This document shows positions 30,924 through 40,033 of a stretch of 64,000 nt of DNA, in pieces (positions within the stretch are counted from its first letter, which is position 1; every line of letters begins with the position of its first letter). The notes under the pieces are model-generated. The model was not told the origin of the DNA. It did no database searches and saw only the letters and a program-made list of their open reading frames with translations. This DNA comes from an uncultured Actinomycetes bacterium. Its GTDB lineage: Bacteria; Actinomycetota; Thermoleophilia; Gaiellales; Gaiellaceae. Where the stretch lies: contig CAVYAJ010000040.1 in assembly GCA_963766155.1 (NCBI GenBank), forward strand, positions 12,463 to 76,462. The letters run 5' to 3'. Made by a program: the position numbers and the translations under genes.

Positions 30924-30944
30924 CGCCAGCGCTGAGACGATCCT

Positions 30945-31439
30945 TCAGTTCGGCGAGCTTGGCCCAGCGTTCGTCGCCGCCTTCCTCCTCGTGCTCGTGG
31001 GCTCGACGTTCAGGTCCCGGCCGCAGACCGGGCAGAGGCCGGCGCAGTCAGGGCGGCAGAGGATCTGGTCGGGCAGCGCGAGCGCGACGGCGTCGCGTGC
31101 CCAGGCGGAGAGGTCGAGACGGTCGTCCTGAAGGTAGGGCGTCCGGAGCTCCTCGTCATCCTCCGGGGGCGCCGCCTGGTACTGGCGGTCGTTGATCGCG
31201 ACATCGAGGCCGGCGTCGCCGAGACAGCGCACGCACGGGCCGACGAGCCGCACGTCGAACTCGAGCTCGAGCATGAGCCCGGACGAGAGGCGCGTGAGCG
31301 TGAGCGCCGCCTCGGGCGATTCGGGGATCGGGAGGTAGCGCTGGCCGCCGAGCTCGAGCGGCTCGAGGTCGACCTCCTTGACGTCCCGAAACTGGTCGCC
31401 CGACTGCAGCCGGGCCGTGCGGATGTTGAAGACCGTCAT
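30945..31439 (-). CDS. yceD: YceD/DUF177 family protein; frame break near 31000, true 3' end uncertain
   Basis: Contains LVGPCVRCLGD and CRPDCAGLCPVCGRDLN. The expected C-terminal motif DERWAKLAELKD is present only in a shifted frame. Conserved position upstream of rpmF. Confidence 0.8.
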   Translation of the reverse strand: MTVFNIRTARLQSGDQFRDVKEVDLEPLELGGQRYLPIPESPEAALTLTRLSSGLMLELEFDVRLVGPCVRCLGDAGLDVAINDRQYQAAPPEDDEELRTPYLQDDRLDLSAWARDAVALALPDQILCRPDCAGLCPVCGRDLNVEPTSTRRKAATNAGPSSPN

Positions 31440-31471
31440 CTACGGCCAGCGTAGCGAAGGAGGAAGGGGCT

Positions 31472-31963
31472 CTAGACGGCCTGTTGTTCGTCCGTGATGC
31501 CTGCGACCACGGACTCCTGAGAGCGCTCGTGGAGCCGCTCGCGGCCCCGGCGCACCGCGCCCAGGAACTTGTCCAGGTTGACCTCGAGCGTCGAGAGGAT
31601 CGAGTCGGCCCAGTCCTCCATCTCGAGGCGCGTCTCGCGCGCCTGGCGACGGGCGTCCTCGACGATCTCCTGGGCCTGGCGCTCGGCCAGCTTGACGATC
31701 TCGGTCTGCGAAGCCTCGCGCACGGCCTGCTCGCGCGCCTCGCCGAGGATCCGGTCGCTTTCGCGCTTGGCCTCCGCGAGCATCTCCTGGCGCTCCTTCA
31801 CGATCCAGCGGGCCTGCTTGATCTCCTCCGGAATCGTCGCGCGCATCTGGTCGAGGATGTCGTAGATCTCCTCGCGGTCGATGCGCACCTGGTCGGTGAG
31901 CGGGACGGCCTTGGCGTTGTGAACGAGGTCGTCGAGCTTGTCGATGAGAACGAGTACGTCCAT
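31472..31963 (-). CDS. Hypothetical coiled-coil protein (conserved between coaD and yceD)
   Basis: Intact 163 aa from ATG 31963 (MDVLVLIDKLDDLVHNAKAVPLTDQVRIDREEIYDILDQMRATIPEEIKQARWIVKERQ...). Charged heptad-like sequence. No enzymatic motif. Confidence 0.6.
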   Translation of the reverse strand: MDVLVLIDKLDDLVHNAKAVPLTDQVRIDREEIYDILDQMRATIPEEIKQARWIVKERQEMLAEAKRESDRILGEAREQAVREASQTEIVKLAERQAQEIVEDARRQARETRLEMEDWADSILSTLEVNLDKFLGAVRRGRERLHERSQESVVAGITDEQQAV

Positions 31964-31977
31964 GTTGTCCCCGAAGT

Positions 31978-32508
31978 CTACTCTTGCGGCGAGACGGGCG
32001 CGCCACCTTTCGGCCGCGGGAACATCTCGCGAAACCGCTTGGCGACAGGCTCCGGCACGAGATCGCGGACGTCGCCGCCGAACGAGGCGACCTCTTTGAC
32101 GCCGCTCGAGGAGAGGAAGCTGTACTGCGGGCTCGACATCAGGTACATGGTCTCGACCTCGGGCGCGAGGTTCCGGTTCAGATGGTGCATCTGGAACTCC
32201 CACTCGAAGTCGGAGATCGCACGCAGGCCTTTGACCATCGTCTTTGCGCCCCATGCCCGCGCGAATTCGACGACGAGCTCGGCGAAGACCTCGACCTCGA
32301 TGTTGTCGTGGCCCGCGAGCGCATCGCTGAGGAACTGGACGCGCTCCTCGACGGAGAACATCGCCTTCTTGTGCTGCGGATCGCGGACGACGCCCACGAC
32401 CACGCGCTCGAAGATCCCCGCGGCGCGCGTGATGATGTCGAGGTGGCCGTTCGTGACCGGGTCGTAGCTTCCCGGGCAGATGGCGGTGACCGGTGACGAG
32501 TCGCTCAC
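31978..32508 (-). CDS. coaD: Phosphopantetheine adenylyltransferase
   Basis: Intact. Contains CPGSYDPVTNGHLDII, KGLRAISDFEWE and SSSGVKEV. Confidence 0.95.
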   Translation of the reverse strand: MSDSSPVTAICPGSYDPVTNGHLDIITRAAGIFERVVVGVVRDPQHKKAMFSVEERVQFLSDALAGHDNIEVEVFAELVVEFARAWGAKTMVKGLRAISDFEWEFQMHHLNRNLAPEVETMYLMSSPQYSFLSSSGVKEVASFGGDVRDLVPEPVAKRFREMFPRPKGGAPVSPQE

Positions 32509-33044
32509 GGCGTCCCCTCGAAGAGGGTGACGCGGGTCGAGCCGTAGCGGCGGCTCGTCCGCACGGGCAGCGGGAGCACGGGTTCCTCTTTCGCCTCGGA
32601 CTCGACGACGACGAGGCCGTCGGGGGCGACGACGGAGGGCAGATGGGTTGCGAGCATGGGTTGGAACTTCGAAAGCATGCGGTAGGGCGGGTCGACCAGC
32701 ACGAGATCGTAACGCCTGCCCGCAGCCGCCTCGGTGGCCAGCCGGCGGGCCGCGTCCTCGCGGTACACCCGTGCGCCCTCGAGACCGAGCTTCTCCACGT
32801 TGCGGACGACTGTCTCCGCGGCAACGCGATCGGCGTCCACGAAGACCGCGCTGGCGGCTCCGCGGGAGAGCGCCTCGAGCCCGAGCGCCCCGGTCCCGGC
32901 GAAGAGATCGAGCACGTCGGCCCCGTCGACCGGCCCGATGAGGTTGAAGACGGCCTCGCGGACGCGATCGCCGGTCGGCCTAACCTCGAGGCCCTTGGGC
33001 GCGAATATGCGTGCGCCCTTACGCGAACCCGCGATGATCCTCAA
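32505..33044 (-). CDS. rsmD: 16S rRNA (guanine966-N2)-methyltransferase RsmD
   Basis: Intact. Contains RIIAGSRKGARIFAPKG..RPTGDRVREAVFN, DLFAGTGALGLEALSRGA and DPPY. Confidence 0.9.
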   Translation of the reverse strand: MRIIAGSRKGARIFAPKGLEVRPTGDRVREAVFNLIGPVDGADVLDLFAGTGALGLEALSRGAASAVFVDADRVAAETVVRNVEKLGLEGARVYREDAARRLATEAAAGRRYDLVLVDPPYRMLSKFQPMLATHLPSVVAPDGLVVVESEAKEEPVLPLPVRTSRRYGSTRVTLFEGTP

Positions 33045-35052
33045 CGCGCTGGGCCTCCTCGAGGAGCGGGGCGAGCGCCTCTCCGTCCTCCCCCGCCAGG
33101 CGCTCGGCCCATTCCCTGGCCTGGACGATCAGCTTCCGGTCGCGCGCGAGGCGAACGAACTTCAGGTCGCTGAGGCCCGACTGGCGCGTGCCGAGGAGCT
33201 GCCCCTCGCCGCGAAGCTCGAGGTCGACCTCGGCGAGCGCGAACCCGTCGTTCGTATCGACGAGGGCCTGCAGCCGACGCTGCGCGTCCTCCGTCAACTC
33301 GTCCTTCGGGCGAGAAACGAGGAGACAGTACGACTGCTCCGCGCCCCGTCCGACCCGTCCACGGAGCTGGTGGAGCTGCGCGAGGCCGAAGCGATCGGCC
33401 TCCTGGACGATCATGATCGTCGCGTTCGGGACGTCGACGCCGACCTCGATCACCGTGGTCGCCACGAGGACGTCGAGGTCGCCGCGCTTGAACTCGTCCA
33501 TCAGCGCGCGCCGGTCCGCGGGCCGCAGCCGTCCGTGGAGCGAGCCGACGCGATAGCCGCGAAGCTCGGCGCTCCGCAGGCGCTCGGCTTCCTGCTCCGC
33601 CGCCCGCGCCTCGATGGTCTCCGACTCGGAGACGAGCGGACAGACGACGTAGGCCTGGCGCCCGTCGTCCAGGTGGCGGCACAGACGCTTGTAGGCCTCG
33701 GCGCTGCGCTCGTGCGAGACCCAGCTCGTGATGACCGGCTGCCGGCCGCGCGGCGGCCGCGCGATCTCCGTCACGTCGAGGTCGCCGTAGACCGTCTGCG
33801 CAAGTGTTCGCGGGATCGGCGTCGCCGTCATGTGCAGGACATGGGCGGAACGGCCTTCCGCAAGCGCGCGGCGCTGCTCCACTCCGAAGCGGTGCTGCTC
33901 GTCGATCACGGCGACGGCCAGGTCGTCGAGCGCGACGCCTTCCTGGATGAGCGCGTGCGTCCCGACGAGGATCTGCGCGCCTTCGAGCTCGTGTTTCACG
34001 GAGCCCGTCTGCAGCGAGACGCCGACTCCGAGCTCGGCGCAGATCGGCTCCAGGGTGAGGAAGTGCTGCTCGGCAAGGGTCTCGGTCGGAGCCATGAGCG
34101 CGCCCTGCTTGCCGCGCTCGACGGCGCGCAGGAGCGCGTAGAGGGCCACGACCGTCTTCCCCGACCCGACATCGCCCTGCAGGAGCCGCTGCATGGGCCG
34201 TTCGCCGCGCAGATCGGTGTCGATCTGGGCAATCGCCTCCTCCTGCTCGGGCGTGAGCGTGAACGGAAGCGACACGCCGGTAGCGGTCGAGGAGCTCCCC
34301 CGGCTCGCCGAGTGCCGTCGCGCGCGCCTCCTGGGCGAGCGCCTCGCGACGGCGGACGAAGCCGAGCTGGAGCAGGAGGAGCTCCTCGAGGCCGAGGCGG
34401 GCGCGGGCGGCCTCGGCGTCTTCGGGGCTTTCCGGACGGTGAACGGCGGCGATCGCATCGGCCCGGAGCGGCAGCCGCTCGCGAGCGCGGAGCTCCGCCG
34501 GAAGCGCGTCCGGCATCCGGCGCGCGAGCGGGAAGCGCGGCCTCGACCAGCGCGCGGATGCGATAGGAGGGCAGAGCCTCGGTCGCGGGGTACTCGGGGA
34601 CGAGGCCCAGGGTGTGCACACCGGTACCGCCGAGCTCGTGACGCGCGACCTTGAAGCCATTCAGGTCGCGCGTTCCGTGGAGGAGGAGCTCGGTGCCGGG
34701 TGCGAGCTTCGCCAGGTGCGCCTGGTTGAACCACACGACCTTTTCCTCGACGCCGGCCCCATCGACAACGACGCCCTTCGACGACCTTGAGGTTCCGCCG
34801 CCGCGTCGGCCGAACCCGGATGCGCGCGAGCTTGCAGCGCACCGTCGCCTCTTGCCCGACGGGGAGGTCGGCGAAGCTCGCCGCCTCGTCCCAGTCCAGG
34901 TAGGCGCGCGGGATGTGCTCGACGAGGTCGCGGACGGTCTCGATCCCCAGCGAGGCCAGGCGCTCGGCGATCTTCGGGCCCACGCCGGACAGGGACTCCA
35001 CGCGCCGCTCCTCGACGTCCACTCTCCTCGGCTTCGGCGCACCTTGGTCCAT
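33019..35052 (-). CDS. recG: ATP-dependent DNA helicase RecG; frame breaks near 34785, 34555 and 34280
   Basis: Contains GVGPKIAERL, wedge-domain OB segments, GDVGSGKTVVA, VIDEQHRFGV, MTATPIPRTL and QLHQLRGRVGRG. Confidence 0.9.
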   Translation of the reverse strand: MDQGAPKPRRVDVEERRVESLSGVGPKIAERLASLGIETVRDLVEHIPRAYLDWDEAASFADLPVGQEATVRCKLARIRVRPTRRRNLKVVEGRRCRWGRRRGKGRVVQPGAPGEARTRHRAPPPRNARPEWLQGRASRARRYRCAHPGPRPRVPRDRGSALLSHPRAGRGRASRSRAGCRTRFRRSSALASGCRSGPMRSPPFTVRKAPKTPRPPAPASASRSSSCSSSASSAVARRSPRRRARRHSASRGSSSTATGVSLPFTLTPEQEEAIAQIDTDLRGERPMQRLLQGDVGSGKTVVALYALLRAVERGKQGALMAPTETLAEQHFLTLEPICAELGVGVSLQTGSVKHELEGAQILVGTHALIQEGVALDDLAVAVIDEQHRFGVEQRRALAEGRSAHVLHMTATPIPRTLAQTVYGDLDVTEIARPPRGRQPVITSWVSHERSAEAYKRLCRHLDDGRQAYVVCPLVSESETIEARAAEQEAERLRSAELRGYRVGSLHGRLRPADRRALMDEFKRGDLDVLVATTVIEVGVDVPNATIMIVQEADRFGLAQLHQLRGRVGRGAEQSYCLLVSRPKDELTEDAQRRLQALVDTNDGFALAEVDLELRGEGQLLGTRQSGLSDLKFVRLARDRKLIVQAREWAERLAGEDGEALAPLLEEAQRVEDHRGFA

Positions 35053-35131
35053 GCCAGCAAAGCCGGCCAGCGCAGGGCGCGAACTCACGGAGAGGGCCAG
35101 GACCCCAGGAGCATAGGCCCCGGTCCGGACG

Positions 35132-36023
35132 TCAACGCCTGCCTGCGGGGAGCGTCACGCCGACCCCGCGGAACCTGATCTCGTCCGTGCGCGGGTAGTA
35201 GACGACGTCGTTCGGCTCCCGCGTCCCGTAGGCGAGGTAGACGAGGCCGTCGTTCCCCGCGAGAAACGAGTGCGCGACGCGGGTGCCCCCGGGCCGCGAG
35301 ACGACGCTACCTCGCCGGACCTCTGCGCTCTCGTCCCCGAGCGTGACCGTTCCCGACCCCTCGAGGACGACGAAGAGCTCTTCCTCCGCGGCATGGCAGT
35401 GGGGCGGGTAGCCCTCGGCGCCCGGCGGGACGGTCATGTGGCTGAGGCCGGTCTCGACCGACCCGACCACATCGCCGAGGTTCAGGTCGACCGCGCCCGC
35501 ATCGAGCTCCCACCGGATGCCCTGGTCGATGTTGGCGATCCTGCCCGGACGCGGCAATATCTCGCCGACCTCGGGCTCTCCGATCGCAGCCTCGCGCTCC
35601 CAGGGATGCGGGCCGCCGACGTCCACCCAGCTCGGGTGCATCCAGGCGACGCCGGCGCGCGGCAGCACGGTGTTTCCCTGCTTCTTGCGCTGCCCGTAGG
35701 CGAGCACGTCGAGCCCGCTCGGGGCCGGCACGCAGCGTGTGCGCGTGCTTCTCCGGCAGGTGGACGAGCACGTCGCCCTCGCCGACCTCGAAGACCTCGC
35801 CGTCCTGCCACGAGAGCCCGGAGCCGCCGAGGACGAAGAAGATCTCCTCCTCGGCCCCTTCGGCGTGCGCGGGGGTCGACCACTTGGCGGGGTCGACCCG
35901 GATGCGCTTGAGGCCGACGGACACGCAGTCGGCCGCGCTGCCGAGGTCGTACCAGTCGCCGGCGAGGTGCCCCGTCTCGCGGCGATACGGCTCGACGTCG
36001 TCCCAGTGCGCGACGTGATTCAC
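35132..36023 (-). CDS. Bicupin (two cupin_2-like domains) protein; frame break near 35730
   Basis: Domain 1: STPAHAEGAEEEIFFVLGGSGLSWQDGEVFEVGEGDVLVH. Domain 2: YPPHCHAAEEELFVVLEGSGTVTLGDESAEVRRGSVVSRPGGTRVAHSF. GTG start 36023. Confidence 0.7.
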
Positions 36024-36033
36024 GAGAGGGCGT

Positions 36034-36472
36034 CTAGCCAGGCGTGGCGGACGCGACCTGGCCGGCGCGCTCTCGCTCGGCGGCGAGCAGATCGACGACA
36101 TGGCGGAGGAGCTTCCATGCCGTCTCCGGGCTCGACTTGACGAGCTCTTCCAGGTCCCAGGTCGCCATGAAGAGACAGGTGAGCGGAGTGACTGCGGTAA
36201 CGGTGGCCGTGCGTTCGCGCTGGCCGATGAGCGCGAGTTCGCCGAAGTGATCGCCCGGATGCAGCCTGCCGAGTCCGGCTCCGCCCGCGCTCACCTCGGC
36301 TTCTCCTTCGACGACGATGAAGAATCCGACCCCGCTCATCTTGCCCTCTCGTATCACCGTCGTCCCGGGCGCGAAGCTGCTGCTCGCGAACGTTGCGCGC
36401 CACGCGCTTTAGCTCGCGCTGACTGAGACAGCTGAGCAGCGGCACTTCCTTGAGTGCGTCGACCGCGGCCAC
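36034..36472 (-). CDS. Cyclic-nucleotide-binding domain protein without output domain; frame break near 36375
   Basis: LKEVPLLSCLSQRELKRVARNV...FFIVVEGEAEV...GDHFGELALIGQRERTATVTAV carries the phosphate-binding cassette FGELAL..R[ST]A. About 145 aa, no HTH. Confidence 0.75.
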
Positions 36473-36481
36473 GCGCCGAGT

Positions 36482-37369
36482 CTACCGCGGCTGAGAGCGC
36501 GACAGCGGGTCCCAGAACCAAAAGAGACCGAGAGTTCCCGGGCCGCCGTGCGTGCCGATCACGGGCCCGAGCGTGGTGACGATGTCGAGCGACGCGTTCG
36601 GCCGCGCACCCTTCACCCTGCGGACGAGCTCGTCGCAGTCCTCCTTGGCCTCGGCGTGGCCGACGCCGACGTGGAGGTTCGCGTCGTCCTGGCCCTCCGT
36701 CGAGTCGCGAAAGATCCCCTCCAGCTCGCCCAGCGCCTTCGAGCGGCCGCGTACGCGCTTGAGCGGTGCCACCTCGCCGTCGTCGAACGCGAGGATCGGT
36801 TTCACGGAGAGGAGCTGCCCGGCCAGTCCGGCGGCCTTTCCGATCCGCCCGCCGCGGACGAGGTACTCGAGCGTATCGACGGTGAAGAGGAGGCCGCGCT
36901 CGCGGCGGAAGCTCTCGACGAGCGCGTCGATCTCCTCGTCGTCGGTGCCGCGGTCGAGTCGGCGCTGGATCGCGTCGGCGAGGATCACCGTCCCGCCGGA
37001 GGTGACCCGCGAGTCGATGACGCGCACCTTGCCGCCGAAGTCCTTCGCGGCCAACTCCGCGCTCGCGAACGTGCCCGAGAGCTTCTCGGAGAGAACGACG
37101 CAAATGATCCGCTCGTAGCCGGAGAGCTCTTCGAAGACCGCGGCGAAGTCGGCCGGCGAGGGCTGCGCGCTCTTGGGCGGCTGGTCGCCCTCCCGCAGGA
37201 GGCGGTAGAACTCGGCGGTCGAGATGTCGACGTACTCGCGCCTGGCCTCCCCGTCGCCGAAGCGCACGTAGAGCGGGACGACGCGCCAGCTGGGGCCGCC
37301 GTGGCCCTCCGGCAGGTCGGACGTCGAGTCGAGGACGATCGCCGTCGAGTCAGCCGATAGGCGCGCCAC
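36482..37369 (-). CDS. fakB: DegV family fatty-acid-binding protein (FakB-type)
   Basis: Intact. Contains IVLDSTSDLP, SAQPSPADF, LSEKLSGTF and LEYLVRGGRIGKAAG. The probable GTG start at 37369 overlaps the upstream REC gene by 20 nt. Confidence 0.85.
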   Translation of the reverse strand: MARLSADSTAIVLDSTSDLPEGHGGPSWRVVPLYVRFGDGEARREYVDISTAEFYRLLREGDQPPKSAQPSPADFAAVFEELSGYERIICVVLSEKLSGTFASAELAAKDFGGKVRVIDSRVTSGGTVILADAIQRRLDRGTDDEEIDALVESFRRERGLLFTVDTLEYLVRGGRIGKAAGLAGQLLSVKPILAFDDGEVAPLKRVRGRSKALGELEGIFRDSTEGQDDANLHVGVGHAEAKEDCDELVRRVKGARPNASLDIVTTLGPVIGTHGGPGTLGLFWFWDPLSRSQPR

Positions 37370-37742
37370 GCCCTGCCGCCTCCCGGATCGCCCCGACGAT
37401 CTCCTCCACCCCACGGTCCTTCGTCAGGCAGGCCACGGCCCCCGCGTCGTAGAGGGCTTGAATCTCCTCGTGCTCGGCAGCCGCGGTCAGGACGACCACC
37501 GCGGTCTTGGGCAGCGCGGCACGAAGCGCCGTGGTCGTCTCCACTCCGTCGAGGCCCGGCAGCCGGTAGTCGACGAGCACGACATCCGGCTGGAGCTCCG
37601 GGCAGACGCTGAGCGCCGACTCGCCGTCGGCCACCGCGGCGACCACGCGCACATCGGGCGTCAGGCCGAGCATGAGCTCGAGCGCCTGACGAAACGTGTC
37701 GTTGTCCTCGACGAGGACGACGTCGATGGGCTGGCCCTCCAT
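37350..37742 (-). CDS. Stand-alone response-regulator receiver (REC) domain protein
   Basis: Intact 130 aa. Acidic pocket VLVEDND, phospho-acceptor context VVLVDYRLPGLDG, VVVLTA (Thr) and ACLTKD (Lys). It ends directly after the receiver, with no HTH. Confidence 0.85.
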   Translation of the reverse strand: MEGQPIDVVLVEDNDTFRQALELMLGLTPDVRVVAAVADGESALSVCPELQPDVVLVDYRLPGLDGVETTTALRAALPKTAVVVLTAAAEHEEIQALYDAGAVACLTKDRGVEEIVGAIREAAGRGAPIG

Positions 37743-37760
37743 CCCGAGTTCAGTATCGGA

Positions 37761-39326
37761 TCATTCGACCGCGAAAAGAAGGGGGTAATGCGGCTGGCCG
37801 CCTTCGTGCACCTCGACCTCGAGGCTCGGATGGGCGGCCCGGATCGCGTCGACGACCCCGTCCGACTCGCCCGCACCGTCGCCCACGAGCACGGTGAGGA
37901 CGTCCGCGCCGTCGCCGACCAGGCGGGCGACCACGTCGGTCGCCACAGGCTCGAGAGCTTCGCCCGAGCCGACCGGCTCGCCCTCCACGAGCCCGAGAAA
38001 CTCTCCTGCGGCCACGTCCACATCCCCGACCTTGGCGGAGCGGGAGGCGCGCGCGACGGAGCCCGCCCGCACCGCGGCGGCGGCCTCCTCCATCTCCGAG
38101 ACGTTGTCGTCCAGCGGCCGCCCGGCGTCGAAGGCGACCAGGGCGCCGAGCCCGGCCTGCAGGCTCCGCGTCGGGATCACGCGCACGTCCTTTCCGCTCT
38201 GCTCCGCGGCCTGCTCTGCCGCGAGGACGACGTTCTTGGAGTTCGGCAGGAGGACAACGCCCTGCTCGGGAAGGGCCTCGACCGCTTCCAGCAGGTCGGC
38301 CGTCGAGGGATTCATGGTGTCGCCGCCCGCGACGGTGGCCGAGCCCAGGCTCTCGAAGAGCCTGCGGTTGCCGTCGCCGAGCACGACGGCGACTGCGCCT
38401 GTGACGCCGACCTCTCGCTCCAGTCGCTGGGTGCGGTCTGCGGTCTGGACGTGCATGTTCTTGATGTCGACTTCCTCGATCACGCCGCGCTCGGTCGCGA
38501 GCGCGAGGGCGGCGCCGGGCTCGTCCGTGTGGACATGCACCTTGACCGCGCCCGGACCGCCGACGACGAGGAGCGAGTCGCCGAGCTTCGCCAGCTCGCG
38601 CTCCAGCTCCTCGGGATCGACCGTCTCGCCCTCGACGAAGAAGGACGTGCAGTAGCGATAGCGAGAGAGCTCCCGATGCACGGCCTCGAGAGGGATCCCG
38701 CCCGAAACCGCCTCGAGCTCGGGGAGCGGCTCGCCGCGGACATGCGCCGCGATCCCGCGCAGGATCTCCAGCACGCCGGCTCCGCCCGCATCGACCACGC
38801 CGGCCTCCCTGAGGACGTCCAGCTGATCGGTGGTCGCGGCGAGGGCGCGCTCACCGTGCGCCACGAGCTCGGCAAGGGCCTCGGCGACCGGAGGATCGGA
38901 GGGCGAGAGCGACTCCGCCTTCTCCGCGAGCTCGCGGGCGACGGTCAGCATCGTCCCCTCCTGGGGATTGCGGACGGCGGCGTAGCCTGCGTCGCTCGCT
39001 CCGCGAAGCACCCGTGCGACCGCCGCGGCGTCGATCCCCTCGCCATCCCCCACCGCCTCGACCGCGCCACGGACGAGCTGGGAGAGGATGACCCCCGAGT
39101 TGCCCCGCGCGCCCATGAGCGCGGCGCGGACGACGTCAGCGTTCGGGTCGCGTTCGAGGGCCGAGACGACCGCGCGCACGGTCTCGGTCATGTTCGTGCC
39201 CGTGTCCCCGTCCGGGACCGGGTAGACGTTCAGGTCGTCGATGCGGGCCCTGCTCGCCTCCAGAGCGGCCAAAGCCGCCCTGGCGAGCGCTAAAGGGCCT
39301 TCTGGACTTTGCCCGCCTTGAGACAC
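37761..39326 (-). CDS. fakA: DAK2/DhaL-domain protein YloV (fatty acid kinase FakA-type)
   Basis: Intact 521 aa. Contains [15 protein letters not shown] and [12 protein letters not shown], plus a C-terminal DegV-like/FakA_C region. Conserved position after rpmB. Confidence 0.85.
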   Translation of the reverse strand: MSQGGQSPEGPLALARAALAALEASRARIDDLNVYPVPDGDTGTNMTETVRAVVSALERDPNADVVRAALMGARGNSGVILSQLVRGAVEAVGDGEGIDAAAVARVLRGASDAGYAAVRNPQEGTMLTVARELAEKAESLSPSDPPVAEALAELVAHGERALAATTDQLDVLREAGVVDAGGAGVLEILRGIAAHVRGEPLPELEAVSGGIPLEAVHRELSRYRYCTSFFVEGETVDPEELERELAKLGDSLLVVGGPGAVKVHVHTDEPGAALALATERGVIEEVDIKNMHVQTADRTQRLEREVGVTGAVAVVLGDGNRRLFESLGSATVAGGDTMNPSTADLLEAVEALPEQGVVLLPNSKNVVLAAEQAAEQSGKDVRVIPTRSLQAGLGALVAFDAGRPLDDNVSEMEEAAAAVRAGSVARASRSAKVGDVDVAAGEFLGLVEGEPVGSGEALEPVATDVVARLVGDGADVLTVLVGDGAGESDGVVDAIRAAHPSLEVEVHEGGQPHYPLLFAVE

Positions 39327-39481
39327 CGGGCGCAGACGTAGGTCCGGCGCGGAACCCCGTTCACGAGAATGCGGACGCGCTGGAGGTTCGGGTTGAACCG
39401 CCGCTTCGTGGCCACCATCGAGTGGCTCCTGTTGTGTCCGAACGCGGGACCTTTCCCGCAGACTGCGCAGACCTTCGACAT
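39290..39481 (-). CDS. rpmB: 50S ribosomal protein L28
   Basis: Intact 63 aa. [36 protein letters not shown]. Confidence 0.95.
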   Translation of the reverse strand: MSKVCAVCGKGPAFGHNRSHSMVATKRRFNPNLQRVRILVNGVPRRTYVCARCLKAGKVQKAL

Positions 39482-39504
39482 CGGACGGCCAGTATAGCCA
39501 GCGC

Positions 39505-40033
39505 TTATGGGGTGGCCGCCGGCCGAAGGCGCGTGAGCAGATCGGCCATCTCGAGCGCCGAAAGCGCTGCCTCGGCGCCCTTGTTCCCCTGCGGCCCGCC
39601 CGCGCGCTCCTCCGCCTGCCTGCGGCTGTCGCACGTGAGGACGCCGAAGGAAACCGGCACGCCGGTCTCGAGCCCGGCGAGCTGAAGCCCGCTCGCCGCC
39701 TCGCCCGCGACGTACTCGAAGTGCGGTGTGTCGCCGCGGATGACGCAGCCGAGGGCGACGATGCAGGCGTAGCGGCGGGTCTTCGCGAGCGCCATGGCGC
39801 CGAGCGGAAGCTCGAAGGCGCCCGGGCACCGGCATGACGTCGATCCGCTCGCGCGGCACGCCCGCCTCGGTGAGCGTCTGCAGCGCGCCCTCGAGGAGGC
39901 GCGTCGTGATGTCGCCGTTGAAGCGGCTGACGACGACGCCGATCCCGCGCCGTGCGCCGTTTGGCGAACCGGTCACGACTCCGACCCCTTCGGGGATGCG
40001 GAGCTCGCCCGGCGCGTGCTGGATCTCAGCCAT
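39505..40033 (-). CDS. ribH: 6,7-dimethyl-8-ribityllumazine synthase; frame break near 39810
   Basis: Contains [11 protein letters not shown]. The second frame holds [24 protein letters not shown] and NKGAEAA. Confidence 0.9.

Noticed and set aside
30722-30944. tRNA or other small RNA gene in the long yceD-rpmF spacer
   Set aside because: There is no cloverleaf-compatible arms or T-loop consensus. Part of the spacer probably belongs to the frame-shifted yceD 3' end.
39290-40033. Apparent RibH-L28 fusion ORF
   Set aside because: The RibH C-terminal half and its stop are in the 39505..39795 frame. L28 starts at its own ATG 39481. The continuous ORF is out-of-frame read-through after the break near 39810.
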